From positions 7,690,001 through 7,754,000 of the forward strand of contig NC_087246.1 in assembly GCF_037042905.1 (NCBI RefSeq): a stretch of 64,000 bases of DNA, in the 5' to 3' direction. The stretch's first letter is position 1. Every line of letters starts with the position of its first letter. Of this stretch, positions 61,056 through 64,000 are shown in pieces. This stretch comes from Lytechinus pictus. Its lineage: Eukaryota. Under the pieces are notes generated by a model. The model did not search any database, was not told the DNA's origin, and worked only from the letters and a program-made list of their open reading frames with translations. Both the position numbers and the translations under genes were made by a program.

Positions 61056-61869
61056 CAGTGCGTCCCACAAAAAACGAAACCGAGATTTATCGATGATTTA
61101 TCAGAACTTAATCACAAATTCAATAGACAAATGACCTACCATTTTAAAGCTTAGAATCTCATCTTCCATCTGAAATAACTAATATAATTTTCATTCACGC
61201 ATGAGTGAGCAAAACAATTTGAAAATTTGATACCAGAAAGTCACTTGGCGGGCCGTATCTGGGTTTTAAAAAGAAAACCACATTTTTAAAAAGTTCAATA
61301 TCTGCTCTTTAATTTGATACATCAATTACAGAAAATTGTCAAGAAATAACAAAGTTCTGGTATTTGAAATAAGGCTTGAATTTCAATAATTTCATAAAAT
61401 GAAGAGGTTTTACAGGCTAGCGTTCAAACTCACTCGACACTCCGTTTTGTTGAAGATCAGCCATGCACTAAGTCTTTTGTTACCGTGCGATAGCTTCTGT
61501 GGGAAACCAGTGAAAACACGTTTATTTAATAAAATTATGGAAATACAAGCATTGTTTCGAGGGATCATTACTTTTTAAATTCTTGACCATTTTCTGTGAT
61601 TAAGGTATCAAAGAAATGAGCAGGTACCGAACTTTTTAGTCATGTGATTTTCTTTTTGAAATTCAGATACCCCCGCCACATGAGTTTTTGGCATCCTTTA
61701 TTCGAATTGTTTTTGCTCACTCATGCGTGAATGAGGAATAATCTAAGCAATACCGAATGAAAGAGGAGATTCTAAGCTTTACATTGGTAGATCATTTGTC
61801 TATTTCATTTATGATTAAGTTATGATAAATCATCGCTAAATCTCGGTTTCGTTTTTTGGGGACGCACTG
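61056..61869. mobile_element. Tc1/mariner-like MITE with long inverted arms
   Basis: TA|CAGTGCGTCCCACAAAAAACGAAACCGAGATTTA...TAAATCTCGGTTTCGTTTTTTGGGACGCACTG|TA. Confidence 0.88.
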
Positions 61870-62374
61870 TATATCTTAGCTGTATGTTGTCTATGAGAAT
61901 AGTAGAAAAGAAACATCATGTAACCTGGTTAGTCCTGTTAGGCTAACCCAAAATAGTCGTTACCATGGAGACAATACAATGTCGACATTGTTTGGAGTTT
62001 CGTGCATCTTAGTTAGCTGGATATAAAGGTAAGGTACTTCGCTGTTAATCATACCCATGAAGTGTTAAAAAAGATGTTTATTCACCAAACAGTACAATAC
62101 CCCTACCCCATGTGAAAACTATACCCACAAAATACAATCCAGATTTATTTTAGGCTAGGTATCAAGCCTGTCTCCCGCCCTCTTCTCTCTGTCTATAAAC
62201 TCTATGTTTCTTTCTCATTTCCTCTTTCTATTCAATGCCCCCCCCCCCTCCCCATGTGCTGTGTTTTCATTTTTAAGGCCATCAAAACATAGCTAGTAGA
62301 TATATCTCGTAAACATATACCATTTACACAAATAATTAGAGATGCATGTATGTTCTCTAACTTACTAATAAGGT

Positions 62375-63700
62375 AATAATAATAATGTGGTTCTTATATA
62401 GCGCATTTCAGACCTGAAAGGACTCTCAATGCACTTTACAAAAAATGAAAATTATACAATATAAGGAATTACTCAGAATAACAATTGGCAACAGCAACAT
62501 TAATCAGTTACATACATGCATGGCATAAGTATTTGGAAAGGCCTAGTTGAATGCTTCATTAAAAAGAATTGTTTTAAGTTGTGATTTGAAAAGTTCAGGG
62601 TTATTTTGTGATCGGAGAGTACTGGGGAGGGAATTCCAAAGGGTTGGGGCACTGTAGGAGAAGGACCTTTCACCATGCGTCTTAGTTCTTAGTCTGGGTA
62701 CTTGAAGGAGTAGTTGAGTTGATGATCTAAGTGTCCTAGAGGGGGTGTATGGAGAAACAAGTTCAAAATATATTGAGGGGCAAAACCATGTACAGCATTA
62801 AATGTTATTAGGACTTTGAAGCGAATTCGTGAAGTGAAGTTCTTTGAGGATTGGGGTGATGTGGTTGTGTTTCTTGGATCTGGGGGGCAAGTCTTGCGGC
62901 TGAATTTTGGATTCTTCGGAGCTTTGCTATATCCGGGGATCCGTACAAAAGACTGTTACACTTATCAAGAAGGGAAGATACAAAAGCATGAATGAGGATC
63001 TCAGTCACATTCTTACTAAGGTATGACCGAATCATTCCAATACGTCTCAGAGCAAACGAGGCCTTGCGACAAACAATATTTACGTATCGGCGCATGTTCA
63101 CATTCTTATAAAAAATGACACCCAGATCACATACTGAAGGAGATGGCAGAACCTGGCTAATCATTGATGTCAAAGGGAGAGCCTCCTGCACTCGTCTGAA
63201 AGGAGATGAAACATGAAGCAACTCCATTTTGCTGTCATTAAGTTTAAGATGATTGCTCACCATCCAGTTCCGTACTTCCTGGAGGCAGATTTCCAGTCTC
63301 CCTACATCATTCTCCCTTTCCGAAGACTTTAAGGAGACGATAAGTTGTGTGTCGTCAGCGTAAATCATTGTAGAGAAACCATGTGCCTGAATGTAGTCCA
63401 GATTGGACCTTGTTGTTTGGAAGTGCTTTTTCCCAAAGCTAACATAGAGGGCACATGTCTCCCAATCTCTAATCAGCGCCAATCCACTCATCTTTCCTCC
63501 CCAACAAGGTCCAGTACAAAACTTTGCTGTACCAGAAAAGCTAGGCATCAATCAAACAAGTTACACGGTAGGGGGTCAGGTGCCCTAGTCTCACACGCCA
63601 AACAAGAAACATTTTTACCCAAAACAATTCACCTCAAACAGGGTGAAAAATGCAAAGTTGTGTTGTTGTTTTTTACACTGTAAACATAAGGCTCCGTGTT
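62375..63700 (-). mobile_element. L2/CR1-type LINE relic: RT C-terminal part and 3' tail, possibly joined by deletion to a degenerate endonuclease N-terminus
   Basis: YADDTQL, WMVSNHLKLNDSKME, DLGV, LIHAFVSS and IQNSAAR in ORF 62808-63551; tail GCATTGAG...TGCGCTATATAAG...(ATT)n; weak SVKN...LACET similarity at ~63580-63690. Confidence 0.85.
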
Positions 63701-64000
63701 CAAGCACTTTAAAAATATCTATTCAGCGCCTTCCTCTCTCGCCAAATGATTCCACCCATGAACCAAGTATCAAAGTTTGAATAAATAGACTACACCAGTC
63801 ACAAAGAGGCAACAGCTGGTAAACATCTCTGGCTCAGGCAGCATCAACAGATCCTGGCCCCCACCCCCATCGTGGTCAATGGGCAGTGGAGGGTCAGGGG
63901 AAACCAGACCAGTGGCCTACAGGTACGACTAGTCTCTTGTACCAAACTCTTGCCTCCACTCAAATACAAGTTTACCCCCAAGGACGACGAAAATACACAG

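Noticed and set aside
63780..64000. Plus-strand open frame running off the window
   Set aside because: No start codon or recognisable motif; more likely the antisense of the adjacent LINE relic

Overview
AT-rich eukaryotic (animal) intergenic or intronic DNA, almost entirely transposon-derived. The repeat landscape looks like a marine invertebrate deuterostome, probably a sea urchin (inference only). I found no intact host gene, rRNA or tRNA gene, or CRISPR array. Bases 1-17182 are a tandem segmental duplication of a dead L1/Tx1-type LINE plus about 2.3 kb of flank. Copy 1 carries a 3.3-kb long-TIR insertion with a 6-bp TSD and an internal deletion; copy 2 carries a solo LTR. The rest is a dense, nested mosaic of non-autonomous DNA transposons (hAT-, Tc1-, Harbinger-, Mutator-, Kolobok-, Academ- and CACTA-like), SINEs, satellites and an L2/CR1-type LINE relic. 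The most notable items are (i) a short SINE-like element whose head resembles the 7SL/SRP Alu domain (23686-23858, minus strand), (ii) an 18.5-kb TGT...ACA element with a 6-bp TSD inside a multi-layer nest (38590-57061), (iii) a second 6-bp-TSD element with ~650-bp TIRs (307-3617), and (iv) a foldback element whose G-rich satellite core switches strand (40604-43668). Superfamily labels rest on terminal and TSD patterns read by eye, not on database searches.
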